Of a stretch of DNA of 64,000 bases, positions 49,011 through 63,465 are shown in pieces. The position numbers and the translations under genes are program-made. Numbering within the stretch: position 1 is the stretch's first letter; each line of letters starts with the position of its first letter. The stretch comes from Marsupella aquatica (taxonomy: Eukaryota > Plantae > Marchantiophyta): NCBI GenBank assembly GCA_973895155.1, contig OZ316895.1:14008225-14072224 (forward strand), given 5' to 3'. The notes under the pieces were generated by a model. That model searched no databases and was not told the origin of the DNA. It worked only from the letters and a program-made list of their open reading frames with translations.

Positions 49011-52000
49011 CATTTAAGCTTTGCAATGTAGTTTTCGAGACAAGTTATTTGTGATCCTGACCATACACTTTTGTGATTGTGCTCAATAACTCGTGCATTT
49101 GCATATAGAAATCGGAGACACGAGATAGCAACCAACGCATCATAGAGTCCAAGCACAATCAAGTGACAAGAAAAAATATAATATTTTTTTCAAATTTCAA
49201 ATTTTCAGAGAGATAAATATTTTAGATTTTATTCATATTTTTTCCCAATTATACAGATTAAATATAAATAAATAAATTTAGTTTTTATTAAGTTTTTTGT
49301 CTTGGGCAGGTGCAGGCAGGTTTAAAGGGCAGCTTGGGCAGACATTTACTTTAGATGGTGTATGGATAGATCTGATGATGTTAAAAAAACAATGTTTAGA
49401 CGAAGGCCCAAGATTGGTTCCGGTTTTTTTGGTTTGTAAAGGGACAATCCTGTATAGGTATTATAGTGGTAAATAATGGTCAAGGGAGGTAAATTGAGGA
49501 GCAGTTTATATGCATGGATGAATAATTAATTATTGTGCATCATTTGGTAGCTCACTTTCTTGGTTGGAAAACAATGTCACTCTTTTTTCACATTGAAACT
49601 AATTGTTTTTTGGTTTAGCCCAGAGAGACATGATTTTGTGATAGCTCACTTGAGTAGAGATTAATAGGTCTTGGGTTCAACTATAGTGGCTGACTCTTCC
49701 CTTTTAATTTATGGGGTTTTCACATATTTTCCCTTAAAATTTTAAAAATTGTTTTTTGGTTTATTCATTCTCTTTGTCAGATTCTTTATTTTTTGGGCCC
49801 CTGCAAATTCAAAAGACAACCAGTGCAACAAAAGGCGCAACATGTTATTATAGTACGTTCTTGATGACAAAATCACCCATGTAACCAGGGGAACTATATA
49901 AGAAAGCCATGGCATGTTTGTAAATACATTAAAATTAGTGACAATAGTGTAAATTCAAACATCTTTAGTGGCAATGTATTTAAACGCTGTTTTTAGTTTA
50001 CTAATTGGTTTTAGTAAAAACTAGTATGCGGGTGTAATTTGGTTTTTTCTAATTCATAGTGTTGTATATTCTCTGTTTTAAATTGAGATGTACATTATCC
50101 TATTTTTATTTTTTAAAATAAATGATGACAATGCGCCCAATGTATTCTAGAGACTGCTGCAGCGAAAACCAGTGGTGCACAAAAGAAACACATCAGACCA
50201 GAAGCCAGAACGCACTACCGCCCAGCTCCGCAGCAAAGGCAGCCACCCAAACCAGCCCCAAGGTTACCCACAAAAGACCTTAGGTGGAGCGTGAGTCAGG
50301 GTCAGCCACCTATAAACAAGCTGGCAGGAAACCAGAAACAAAACCTATCACTGGTGTTCAGAGGAGCCCCTTAATTCCTAGTAGGGTGAGCACAACAACA
50401 CGAGGACCTATGGAGGCTATCACTATCAGTGACGTTGTGAGTACTATAGCCATGGACTTGTCATGATATTGCCCACATTAGAAAGTAGCACTTCAACAAT
50501 CATTCAAGCTATTTGACTCCCTAACTCCAAACGGGTGACAACATTGACAAGAGCCAGATTCTATCAATCATTTATAATACTACCATTCTAATTGTGATTA
50601 CTCCTATTGGCCCTAATTAGTCATCTCAGTAATTTCAGTGAAAGTGTGATTGAGACTTCTGCCCTTGATTTGAGGAGTACATTATGCAATCATTCATCAA
50701 TCTAGGCTCAAAGTCCAAAAGTCTTACCATATAAAATGAAAAGTAGAATGTACTCATCTTTGCATGGCCTAAAATCCTGGCACTCTCTTTACACCCTATA
50801 GCTCACCTTAATTTCAGGGACTTTGTTCGTTTAGTTCTAAAACTCATTCAAGTCTTTGAGTAACTTAATGTTACGGTTACTGGCATTGTGGGCCATAATG
50901 TCCCCTCAGACTTGGGCTAAATCCCTCAATTTAGGGGCATCAGATCCCACAAGACCCTGTAATAACCAGGATGTTACCCTATTCAAAGGCCTCTATTGCT
51001 GATGTTCTCAGGGTCCCCTTTCCCTCAGATTGGTATCCATTTGGCTGGAGTTTGAAATGCCACAAAAGCAGCACTTGCTATAGAACTTTTTTTCACTCCG
51101 TCTGCTTGGGCAACTTGTGGGAAGAAGGGAAGATATGGGGGAGAAAGGAGACTGAAGGTTTATCTAGCCTCAACCCTGGAACCCTGGATCCAACTATTGA
51201 CATTTTCTCCAGGAGTGCGCCCCCCCCCCCAACCGTTGTAACACCCCAACCGTTGTAACACATCCACTAGCTTCTTGAGATCACTTGTGGTTCTCAAGCT
51301 ACTACCCATCATCCTTGGCAATAAGAAAGGCACCATGGGCTTGCTGCAGGAAGGGCATGCTAGTTGGGACCACCCAAACGAGGGAGCACTTCAAGTCAGG
51401 AGCCAACCAACCTCCCCTACGCCTATGCACTTGCAGCGCGACAAGACAATGGTAAAGCACTGACAACCTTTGCCTTGCGGCCGTAGCTGGAGAACCCTTG
51501 TTTGCATGGATCTCTCTGCGGTAACCAAATCCTACTCCCTTTATCTATTCTTAGGGGGGCATGTCACCTGTGGACTAGCTTTGGTCCGGAATGACGGGTG
51601 ATGCGGTCCAGACCCCTGATTTGCCGTCAAGGCCAAACTGGGCCCATATCTAGTTCTTGGTATCATAACATAGAGCTCAGGTACCTGGAGCTCGTGGTGC
51701 TCGTACTAGCATCCACCCACTTGTGACCACCTTAACTAAGCTGTCTTTGTGGATCGATAGATTTAAAAGTAAAAGATCAAGTTGAACTTGTTGTCCATAG
51801 TCCATACTCTGGTGGGGAAAAAGGAAAATTCCTCCTTTTCCACCCTGACCAGGTGGCAGCTTGGATGGTACCAACAGTAGATTTATTACTGCCAATGAAG
51901 ACTGTACTCTACGCATTTAGACCACCTGGCAGCCAACCATAGCACTTCTGTTCAGGAGAAAATGGACACATTATCCGATGCGAAGGGCTTCCACACCATT

Positions 52001-52158
52001 TTGGTGCAACCGTAGGCCCAATTATTGTTGACATGCCCGTCGTTGAGTGGGCACCTCGTTTGGCCGCACTCAGGAACTCTGCAATCCCGACTATTGCCCG
52101 AAATTCTTCCCTCTACTGGTTATCTGAATTTTGAAAAAGCCCGGTGGACGTGAGAGGC

Positions 52159-55100
52159 ATGGCATCGAGAACCACAAGCCAAGTGCCGGGCAATTTGGGC
52201 ACACACTATCTTGGAGTGGATGTGGGAACTGGAAGTGCAAGAGCAGGTACGGAAAATTTCGGTTTCCTCAAATAAGTATACTTTACCTCATTCTGGAACC
52301 GTTTCTGCGAGAATTCGGCAATCTACGAGAAATTGCTCTTCATGTTACCCCTCATCCACGTTACAGTTGCTGGTTCCTTTAGCCCGTTGTACTCCTTCTC
52401 ATTTTTTACAAGATTTCGTCCATGAAATTTACTTTGTTGGATCTTATTCCGGAAAAGTTTACGCAAGAGTTCCGCATTCTCATCATCTTCTCCCTTACTG
52501 ACGTCTCAGCTGCTCATTCTTTTAGCCCATGTTCTGCTTTCTCCATCTGCTTGTGTTGACACGATGCTAAGTATGCACTATAAGTCAGCTCCAGCATCGA
52601 GCCCAAATCCTTGTGGCAATTAGTACTTCCTAACACAGATGTCTAGTATCCGCTGAACGTGAGCAAATTGCACTACTATACTCGTTACAAAAGGCAATGG
52701 CCTCATGTCATGTCAGTTTGGAGAGCATTCCCTCTGTCCCAGAAGAAATGCTCGTTCTGTCGGGTCCTAACTTTCTCAACAAATACAGTACCTGTTCGCT
52801 CGTCTTGCGACCTCGGACAATTCACCAAGCAAGAATCTGGACTATTGCCAGTTGAAATTGAATTCAACTTGCGTGGTTTGACATGATCAAGTTTTTCCTA
52901 AGCTCCGAGATTCTACTGTAGAGGTTCTGTTTCGTGCTCTGGAGAAGTAGAACCCTCATTGTTCTGCTGCTGCTTGTGGTCTTTAGATGACTTGTTTGAA
53001 ATTCACGACCAACATTCTTTGCACACTGAGACTGTGGACGTTGTGCTCCATCGTTTTCAAATAAGATGTGGCGCCTCGCTTCTACTGCTTCAGTTTGTAT
53101 TCAGTCATTCGGAAGATTTTGTCATTCTTCAAAAAATCTCACCCAAATTGATAATCTCATTGCTGTCACGTTCTTATTGAGAAACTTAAAGTTGATTGTC
53201 TTTTCAAAACAACCTCCAGCCAAGTCTGTGTAACTTGAGCCCTTGTTGGCACATGATCCGGCTTGCAACAAATGCCTTCATTGTTTATGCTTAGAGAATT
53301 GTTTGGTCAGCCTTCTATCTGCATCCTGAATATTGGTTTAAGCTTTTGCAGAAAATGCATCAATCAAACGTCATTGAACAATTGTTAGTTTCTTTCTTTC
53401 TGTTGGCATGAGGCTCGAAATCGCTTTCTTGATGTTGTGTGTAAATTAAGGGGAAAACAAGGTTTTAACTCTTACTCCCGTTGTCGTTACGTGTCAGGAG
53501 TTTTTGATGAACATGGAAAACTCATGGGCCTTGCGAGCAGTCCAATTCAGATATGGAAGGAGGCTGGTTGCGTTGAGGTAGAAAGAGCACTGGTTGTCTG
53601 CTTGAGAGCTGCCACAGTTTTTGAGATTCTAATTTCACACTAACACACTGATTTTTTGACGCAGCAATCTTCAACGGATATATGGCTGGCAGTATGTGCA
53701 GCAGTCAAGGAAGCATGCAAGAATGCAAAACTTACGGGCACGGATATTTGTGGGATTGGATTTGCTGCCACATGCTCTCTTGGTGAGTGCGTACGCCAAT
53801 GGCCTCGTGGTATCACCCTGCATAGATAGTGAGTTAGTTAGATATTTATAAGTAGGAGTTGGCTCTCTCGCTTGTGACAAGGACCCCAATGTAAGTGCAT
53901 CACATATACATTTTCCATCCACTTTATTCGTCTGATGCCTATCCATCAGAAGCGTGATGTTCCATTCGTTGAAGAAGGGAAAGATATTGCAAGGAGGTCA
54001 CGACAGCCTCTGCAGTACGAATATTATTTTGCTATTGAAACCATGGACCTCATTGCCAAAGAACTGTCAGGTGAAATGCCTGGGAATTTACGTATTAAAG
54101 TCTGAGTAAGAGTTGTGGATCTACCCAGATTGTCACAAGTAATAATTTTCTCTACCTTTGTCTCAGTTTGTAAGTCACGTACCTGGTTGCTTGGGGTTGG
54201 GCTTGCAGTTGCAGTCGATTCAGAAGGGTCTCCAGTGACAGTGTCATGGAGTGGAGATGCTGGACGAAATGTCATAGTGTGGATGGATCACCGTGCTATG
54301 GATCAGGCAGAACGCATAAATGCATCAGGTTCGCCAGTCCTACAGTTTGTTGGAGGGGGCGTATCTCCAGAAATGGAGCCGCCGAAGGTATTTAGCAAAC
54401 CCACAAAATTGGTTTGTGCCGTAGATATTATGATTCTGAAAATGACAGTCAAGAAATTAGATGTCATCTTGCTTCTTGGAAGTCCACACGAAAGGATCAG
54501 GTGATTAAGTACTACCTGTGAACTCCACTGTTGCATATCTGGGGTTATTATACCTTTTGTCATCCATAGAGGCGAGGTCATCAATATTGACAACTTGCCA
54601 GAGACTGTATATCCGTGATCCTGTACCGAGTTAGATATGCTAATCACGAAATCTGGAAGTACGGGTTTCTTCAGCTTTCCTGAACTGGGTCAGGCTGTGG
54701 CATCCATGTGTCGTTGCACTGGTTACAAGTTCAATTAACGTCTAGCATTTGACCATAAGCGGGGTACACATACCGTCGGCTACCAAAACGGGAAATTGAT
54801 GTCTCAAACGGGCAATTATCCTACCTAGATTTCCTTAGCCTATCGGAGTTTCAGGATTTTGCCTCCATCAGCCTCCTAGTTTGAGGTCACAGTTGTTTTG
54901 GTCTATTGCACTAGCACTTTGTCTTCCAACTCTTGCTGTTCGCTGTCTGCATTTGCTCATGACAAAACTGTGTGCTTCAGTTGTTGTGGGTGAAAGAGAA
55001 GTTGAAGGAGTCCTGGGCAAAAGCTTTTAGATGGATGGACTTGAGTGACTGGCTCACATTCAGGTATGTGAAGTTTGTTTGGTAGTTGAATGAGGTATCA

Positions 55101-58100
55101 GCACGTTGGGGATTGGCTCGGACGAAGAAATTTGGTATGCTCGTTTCTAGAGATTGCCTAAAAGCATCAAGTTCTGCCTGGTTACGGAACTTGGATGATC
55201 AGTATTGTTAGTTTTCACGGGCGTGCTCTTTATACTAATGATAGCCTGACATTCAAACCTGTTTATTTCCAAGCTCAAATCGTGGTACTTTCCAATATCT
55301 TCCAGAGCCACTGGTGACGACACTCGTAGTCTTTGTACGACAGTTTGTAAGTGGACTTACTTGGGACATGCCCACCAGCAGCACACATCAACAGCCAACA
55401 CCAAAGCTATGGATGCTCTTGGGTGGGATGATCTGTTCTGGAAAGAAATTGGACTTGGTGACCTCGTGGATGGTCACTATGCGAAAATTGGTATTTTTCT
55501 TTTGGGAGAACCTATATTCCTTGCTTGGTGAAGGACTCATTTTTACATGTTATAGATTTCTTGGTTCGAAAATGGTTCGTGAACTTCGGGTCCTCGTTCT
55601 GTTCTAAACATGAGACAGGCCTTTACTTGTAGTTTTCAGTGCTATTTGGCATATTCCATTTCGAGTTTCTTTCTGTTCTGGGGAATTTGAGAGATCTTGA
55701 TGTCAATTTGATGCGACTGGTGACTATTGTCAACACTTGTGGGATGTCAGGAAGAAGTGTAGCATTTCCTGGAACTCCGCTTGGGACTGGTCTCACAGGC
55801 TTGGCTGCACAGGCAAGATCACCGATTGTAGACTTCCCTGTGTCAGAATTTGGATTTAGTACAGATCAGGACGTGTGTCCTGCTACCAGACTTGACAGAA
55901 GGTGTCTACTAGAGAGACAGGTTTGAGTTTAGATCGTCTTTCTAGGTGCTGATCGTGCCAGTTCTTCTCAAATCAGGCCTCCTGGTCATTTTCAGTGGTT
56001 GGGATAGTTCCTTCACAAAAGGATACACATGTAACATTTTAATGATTTCCTGTCATGTGTGTTTGCTCAGGAACTTTGTTTGGTTGAAGGAACTCCTGTG
56101 GGAACATCAGTAATTGATGCACATGCTGGTGGGATTGGAGTGATGGAAAGTGTTCCACAAGATTTTGTGCACCCACCTACCCAAGGTTAGAGACCTGAGG
56201 CATAGTGCGGATATTTTCTTTCATGCCTGTGACTCACTCTTTAAACTTTTTGCTGTCTATGTTCAAATTGGCAACCCACAGGTCTAAAAGAAATGTTTCA
56301 ACCTAGTCTCCGGCTGTTCTTATTTTAGAGATTATTTCTCTTTATGCCAGGAGACTCATCTGAAGTACATCTTTGATTCCATGTTCGTAACAGAGAAAGC
56401 TGAAACTGGAGAACTTGAGGAAGTCGATGACCTAAGTAGTAGGATGGTGCTTGTCTGTGGGACATCAACATGCCATATGGCCGTCACCAAGAAGAAGATC
56501 TTCATCCCTGGAGTTTGGGGACCATATTGGTCTGGTACTTAGCCTTTGCACGCTTTCTGATCGGTTGATTCATTGAGAAACTGGGGGCATATTTTTGGAT
56601 AAATTGCTACGGTACAAGCCAATGGTTTTCATGGTTCCAGGAGGTGATATTCAGTCATTTGCTTTTGCGGAGGATTAAGTGTTTATATCTAGCAACCATC
56701 ATAATTCTGGCTACAATCAAACCTCATCGTACAGTGTTGTCATTATGGAATGCTGCTTTTTGTGTTACAGCCATGATACCCGACTACTGGCTCTTTGAAG
56801 GAGGGCAGAGTGCAACTGGAGCTCTAATAGAGCACTTGGTGGAAAGTCATCCGATTTCTCCTGCACTAGCCAAGAGAGCTGCATTGCAAAGTGAAACTCT
56901 ACACTTTGTATACTTCCTACTGTGCAGTGCTCGAGATATTGCTTATTAAATATTAGTTTTTGGAGCAGTGAAATAGGGGACCCAGTATATGCTGTCAATT
57001 GTATTATTCCTGGCGAGTAAGGATGCTTTAGACATGGTTCTTTAGCAGAGTAAATTGTACACGGGGTTCAGCAATTGAGACATTCATGCATTTCAGGTTG
57101 GAAGATGTAAGATCAAAGTGTTCTAATGTCTTTCTTTCTCGAATCTGCTCATTACTATGTTTTTCATGGCAGCAGAAATCTCCATTTATGAGCTCTTGAA
57201 TACCGTTTTGGATAATCTTTCATTGGATCCTGGGGTCCCATTTCGAAGTGCTTTGACCAAGGATGTGCATGTTCTTCCAGATTTCCATGGGAACAGGTGA
57301 GTTTGCTAAAACAATAGGTTGATTTGTGGCCCGTCTATCTGTTCGTGCATGAGATGGATGATGGATGGAAGCCAGTCGTCTATCTCATGATGACTGGCTT
57401 CCATCATGAGATAGATACTAAGATGTTACGGAGTCCTCCCGTACCTGTTTGCAGGTCTGAGGTATCATACCTCTTCAGTATTTCATAAAGAGCTCTCATC
57501 AAAGTTTTGCTCTTGATTTGCATGTTTCTTTTGCAAGCTGCTTTGTTCTCGGCTGATACTTATTAATAGTCATTACCTACAGGTCACCGTATGCCGATCC
57601 AAAATCAACAGGGATGTTGAGTGGGATGACACTGGAGAGCAGCGAAGTTGACCTTTCTCTGGTGTACCTAGCAGCTGTACAAAGTATTGCATATGGCACA
57701 CGTCAAATCGTAGAGCGCTTGGGAGAATATGGTCTGAAGGTAACATAACATTCCGCAAATTTCTTCATCGTAAGACTTAGACAGACCTGTCTTTTGCTTT
57801 CTGCTCCCTTACAGTGTTGCCCGTTCTACTCTAAATAAACACACCGCATTCCATCCTCCTGTGCTGAAAGTTCTTAACGAGAACTTTTAAGCTGTGTGGT
57901 GAGAATCGTGTCGTCCCTTTCTTGTGCTTTTCTTTTTTACCTCTTTTGCATCTCACTTTGTGATGTCAGTTTCTGCATTGGCCAGGCATTAGCTACCTGC
58001 TAAGAAGAAAGGCAGAAGATAGCCTGCAATAGCTTTCAATTGCATTATTAAAACCCAAGAATTCAAACCTTTTTCAGCGGGACAGACGTTCTATCCAACG

Positions 58101-58787
58101 ACACCAACTTGTTATAAGATGTATGGCTCGCAGGTTGACAAGCTTATTGCGTGTGGAGGATTATCCAGAAACCGAGTGTACCTGCAAGAGCACGCAGATA
58201 TTCTTGGTTTGTGCAATTCTTGATCTCATGTTAGCCTAAATTGGAGAGAATAGTTGTCAGTCTTATTTAACCTACGACATACGTGAATGATCCTCCTTCA
58301 GGTATATCGTTTCCAAGCAGGAATATGAAATCGCTTACTAAAATTGCGCAAATGAATGTATGTAGGGTGTCCAGTGGTTCTCCCCAGGGAGGCAGAGTGT
58401 GTACTTCTAGGCGCCTCGATAATTGGAGCTGTTGCAGCAAAGAAATTTGTCAGTATTAATTCTGCAATGGAAACTTTGAATGCTCCCGGACTGGTAAGTA
58501 AGCAAGTCGTGAAGTATCTGATATGGATAAGTTCGTGAAGCAAATCACTCAGTGGTTCCATTCTTTATGTACTTCATTCAAATGTATTGAGTGTGGTCAT
58601 TCTGCCAGGCAAGAACCCGAGCCTACCATTAACGCCAGATAAAATCTGTATTGTTGTTGTGCAGGTTGTTCAACAAAGTAAGGATGTCAGAGTGAAGAAG
58701 TATCATGAGGCAAAGTACAAGATTTTCCAGTCACTCTACGAGCAACAGTTATCATTTAGGGCTGCAATGACAGAAGCGCTGGCTTGA
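52159..58787 (+). CDS. FGGY: FGGY-family carbohydrate kinase (D-ribulokinase-like), multi-exon
   Basis: [90 protein letters not shown] and ACGGLSRN; stop TGA at 58785-58787. Confidence 0.92.
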
Positions 58788-60199
58788 ATTGATTGAACCA
58801 GTGAACTTTTTCGATCGTCTGCGCACTTTTAGCAATCTTTCCAGAGATTTTGTTGGAGATGTCAACTGTAGTGAAGTTATCATTCGGACATAGAATCTCC
58901 AGAATGAAATGGAGAAGTAAAGCACAATTTAAGATAAAGTAACGGGCTTCCGACCTTTGAATATTGGTGATGAAGATTAGATTTGTGAATCCTTGTCAAA
59001 CTCTGGTTGGAGAATCTTCAACAATAACTTGGATCTTGCACTGCTATTTTCACGTAGAGCATTGCGGGATCATACAAAAGTAGAGCCGGTCAGTCGGGTC
59101 CGGTCTTTCAACACATCTGCCCTCTGAACGGTACGAAAAGCTTTGACCTCAATAATTTTGTCGCTGATGTAAATTATCAAATTACTTATCATGCTGAGCT
59201 TGAGATAATATTCAAGAGATGGACAACAGAAAGTGGATCCGACCCCTTTTGTCGATAGCAGAATGTGGTTCCGAATAATTTGAAGCAAAATATGCCAATA
59301 CTGGGAGTGATTTACCAGTGTTAAATGCATCAATAGTTAAGTGATTTACTAGATATTTGGTGTTCGAAATGTTCAATAGTTAAATGGATGAGCATGCTTG
59401 TCTTTGACAACAAAACAACGCAATGTGCTACGAACTGTACAATTTATGAGACCGGATAAGATCCTAGAGTTTGCGGCCAGGGCTGTTCTCAGCCCGTCCT
59501 ATCTAAGCAAGCAACCAACTTATGATTGCTCCTGATCCGTCCAAGGCGTACATTGGCTTCCTTCAATGAGTACACAAGTTGCCCTTCGCTTGTGAACAAC
59601 ACTCCATGACTGCTTCGAGTTGCAGAGAATAGAGTTGAAGTCAGTTGGACATGTATAGATCGAACTCCATCTCTCTGCCGTTGGCCATTATCTTAGACTC
59701 ATCAATCCGATGTTCAGAGTGAAACCTCAATGTCAGACGCTGTTTACTCATATGATGTGTTGGTGTGTGGAGCTGTGCTGCACGCATGGGCCACTTCACT
59801 GGCAAATAATAATTTAGTGCCGAACAGGCCAAATGATAATTGGAGCAAAGAATTGAACTGGTTTAATTTGGGAAATCTAAACGTTTCTCTATGTGATGAG
59901 ATACAAGTAATGAGAAAGATCACTCCAATCTTGGCACAAGATCTCATGGTCTTGCCATTAGCCAAGTAATGTTGACCTTACCACAACGCTTCCAATCTTC
60001 TCTGCGAATAATTGAAACCAATTCCTTGTCCAATGTACATCAGGCCAATATACTGTACAAAGAGAGCAGGATGAAAACCTGAATCATAGGATTCAGCACT
60101 GCTTGTACCGTAGAATCACGCAATATGATACAACCTGTACAAATCGTGACACCGGATAGATCCTGAGGTTTCGCCGGAAATTCTGCAGACAGACACTAT

Positions 60200-63100
60200 C
60201 TAAGCAACCAACCCAACTTGCGAGCGCTGCTGAACTTCTCGTAAAAACTCTATCAAGTTCAGTCGCCCGTCTGAACTTGTAGTCGATGGCGTGATCTTCG
60301 AATTTTTGTAGTCCCTTTTCTTGATCATTATGATGCTTTGACTAGGAGATATCCTGTTCTCCATATCATCATCTTCAGAAACTACTGGTACAGTTCGTGA
60401 TACAAGTCCATGAAACTGCAGGCAATCGAGCACACACATGAGGAAAGAAGCATTTAGATCCGTGCGATGAAAGAGAACTGTGACGAGTCCGTACAGTCTC
60501 TCCGTTTCCAGAGAAATTTAAGTGCAAACTAATTCAAATCAGTGACAATGTGCAACAACCGCAGGGTTGCTGAAAGGAAATAGCACAATTTTCTGGAGAT
60601 TAAACAGGCTGTACGGTAAATACTGTCACTGTAGAAAAGACCTGAATAAGCCCATGCAGTAGTAATCGCTGATAGGACGTTTCAGCTTCCAAAGCCAACT
60701 CGTTGTCATCTTCTCTTTCATCAGCCTCCGACAAGAACACCAAAAGCTTCTCCTAAAATCACCACAGAATTGATTGAGTTCTACAGTTACCAGCACAACT
60801 CTATTTACGTATAGCAAAACACGCTGCAGCCATAAACTATTATCTCTTCAGAATGTTTAAGTATGAAGGAACCAAAAGAGAGACCTCAAAAGCCTGGAGG
60901 AGAGGAGACTGTGAATTCCTGCGCAAAGCCTCTCTTGCAGCACGCTCTACACTCTTCCACGCTTCCATAGCTACTGCTTGTTTCCCAGGATTCCTAGTCC
61001 CCTTCGTCCTTCTCTGCTGCTCAGCATGTCGAATCCATTTAGCCTGTGTAGAAGAGAGAATTCGATGGATTAATTGTCATTACTATGGACCACATTTCAA
61101 TGTGGACTGTTGACAGTGTGGAGAGCTTTTGAAGCAACGTCCGCAGCCAAGCAAAGAACCATACTGTATAAAGGGGGTGGCAGATTAAATCGCAGACACC
61201 TGTATATCCATGTCTACATTTCGGAAAGGCTCCCACTCAGCCATATCAATTTGCCCACGAAGACCTCCTCCTGTCACTCGCTCCAACGGGGTAACAACAC
61301 GCTGTTCACCTGGAACAAAGCCATGAAAGACCGTTGAATTCATCCCGTCTCCAGGCGGTGCACCAAACGGGTAAGAGTCCACATTCATACTTGTTTTAGC
61401 ACGTTACTGAGGTCAGAAGAACTTACCCCAAGGTGGCGGTGCGAAGAGACCTTCAATTTCTGCTGCCTCCATGGGAGGTGCAAGGTCTCGCAGAAGTTGG
61501 TCATTTAACCACCTCCGGTACCGCCGATTACTAACCTGCAAGAATCAGCACATAAATATACGTGAGTCTCTAGACCGGAAGTACGAGTTAATGTTCCATC
61601 AAGGTGAAAAAGGTACGTACACCGTTCACGACCTTATTTTGTGGGGCAATGAATTCAAGCTGGAGGGGAGGGCAGCAGCATCAAACCTTGCCAAAGCCAT
61701 CACGAATTGCTCGATCTGGATTCTTGCCGTTGTCTTCTGCGAAAGTTACACTACATCAGAAGAAAAAATCCCCAACTGACGCCGCAAATATTCGGCAGTC
61801 CTATCTCATGATTTTTGCTCAACAGGTTAAAGTCTGGAATTAGATAATATTCAAGTTTCACCTTACACAGAATGATAAACAATTTCCCTCCCACTAATTC
61901 ACGGATGCACACATGGCTTGTAAAAGGTAAGAAATGTTCACACCGCTAGATAATGTTTATTCACATGGAAAGGTGAAATCTAAAGGACTTTCAAGGCACA
62001 TTACGGATCATGACAAGTGCAGTCCTACAAGTTCTTCCATTTTCCAAGAAGAAACTCCGAAACAGAATCGAAATAAAGGGGGCCCTATCCACCATCCTAG
62101 ACAAATGCATGCAATTGTTAATCTTGGAGAATGGCAGCAAATATCACACACCCAACTTGACCACGATCAGTCTGATCGGAAGTTGACTGACCTCCATTAA
62201 CAGAACCCTTGCGATGAGCACGGCACTTTTTCCGCCCCACAACAGCAGCGGTTTGATCTCTGCCCCAAACTTTTAACAACCCCAAACATGCATATACGTC
62301 AGAGAAACGAAAATAATTGGAATTCACGAGAGCATTGCTCAAGTAACTGTGACAAAAAGTCAAGACGACTTGTGGGCAGTCCGAAACAGCACACAAGCCT
62401 TAGAAACAAAAGGCTAACCAAGAAGTTGTCGAGAAAGTTCACTCTGCTGGTTCACAATCAAGACAAGACCCATTCACGACATGACCTTCGTTCTGCTAGA
62501 ATTAGGCCGATACATTATGTCCTACGGCTCAGTTTGCTACCATACTGGTAGAAAGGTGAAGGAGGGCACTCGAACTTGGCTAGAAACCCTTGCTGACTAA
62601 TCGAGCACACGTCAAGGTTTGGAAGTCGGTTTTTCAAGGCTCTGAATTCTACATTTCTAACAACGAATGACTAGCATTGCTTAGAAGATATGGTAGACCT
62701 AAAAGCTGTCTCAGTAAAACTTCCGATCAAAGTTCATAAATCCTTCCCTTTGTCTGATAACCAAACTCGTTCTTCGCCATCACTCAAAATAAGTAAAAAT
62801 TGCAACCTAGGGTAGGCAGGTGATGAAACCAGTTCTTCTTCACACGCCTCTGCAGCAAAATTACTTGAGGACTTCGTGTATCTTCACGGAATTCCACTAA
62901 ATTCACTCAGAGTGCAATGTATGACTATCTCTGCTTTCCGGAAACCATGGTAGACCTAAAATCCATCCTCTCGCTCATCCTCTCAGTGTACAATCACCAT
63001 TGCCACCTTACGTATCGATCAAATTAAATAAATTCTTCCTCTGTCTAGTAAATAAACAGTTCCTTCTCCGCCCGGATTCGAAAATCTGTGAAATTGCAAG

Positions 63101-63465
63101 CTGGGGGGGCAAGTGATGAACTCAAATTCTGCTTTACTTGCCTCTGCAGCACAAAACTACTGGACCACTTCGTATATCGTCACAGAATTCCACAGAATTC
63201 ACTGAATCCATGAACAGAAGGAAGGCCGTGGTCAATTGAGGGCGCGTGAGACAGAGGTTCCGGGGCTACTCACCGTAGGAGGACTGGGTGAGCCAGTCGT
63301 GGAGAGATCCTGAGACGAGCGCCATGGTCGCGCTCTGGATGCGGGTGGGGAAGGGAAAAATGTCGCTCTTCGTCGATACGAATTATGAGAATGTGGTGGG
63401 CGATGGAGTGGAGCTCTAATGTTCTTTGCTTTCTTCAACTCTTCGTTTGGGATCTTGTGTCGCAT
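60200..63465 (-). CDS. R3H domain-containing protein (R3HDM4-like, R3H-assoc plus R3H), multi-exon
   Basis: Spliced exons give VSNRRYRRWLNDQLL...EIEGLFAPPPWG, EWEPFRNVDMD, AWKSVERAAREALRR and SYQRLLLHGLIQ|FHGLVSRT (RxxxH). Exon 1 (63465-63274) is phase-compatible but less certain. Confidence 0.78.
62690..63205. repeat. Diverged ~255-bp tandem duplication in intron 1 of the R3H gene
   Basis: ATGGTAGACCTAAAA...GCCTCTGCAGCA...CTTCGT.TATC.TCAC.GAATTCCAC..AATTCACT present twice. Confidence 0.65.

Noticed and set aside
48330-49013. 227-aa hydrophobic ORF as a membrane protein
   Set aside because: Translation of the T-rich strand of a degenerate minisatellite.
47560-51930. LINE 3'-end or ORF1 fragments (~47560-47900, 50160-50470, 51240-51930)
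   Set aside because: Composition is suggestive, but no RT, endonuclease or clear zinc-finger motif is readable; needs RepeatMasker or HMM confirmation.
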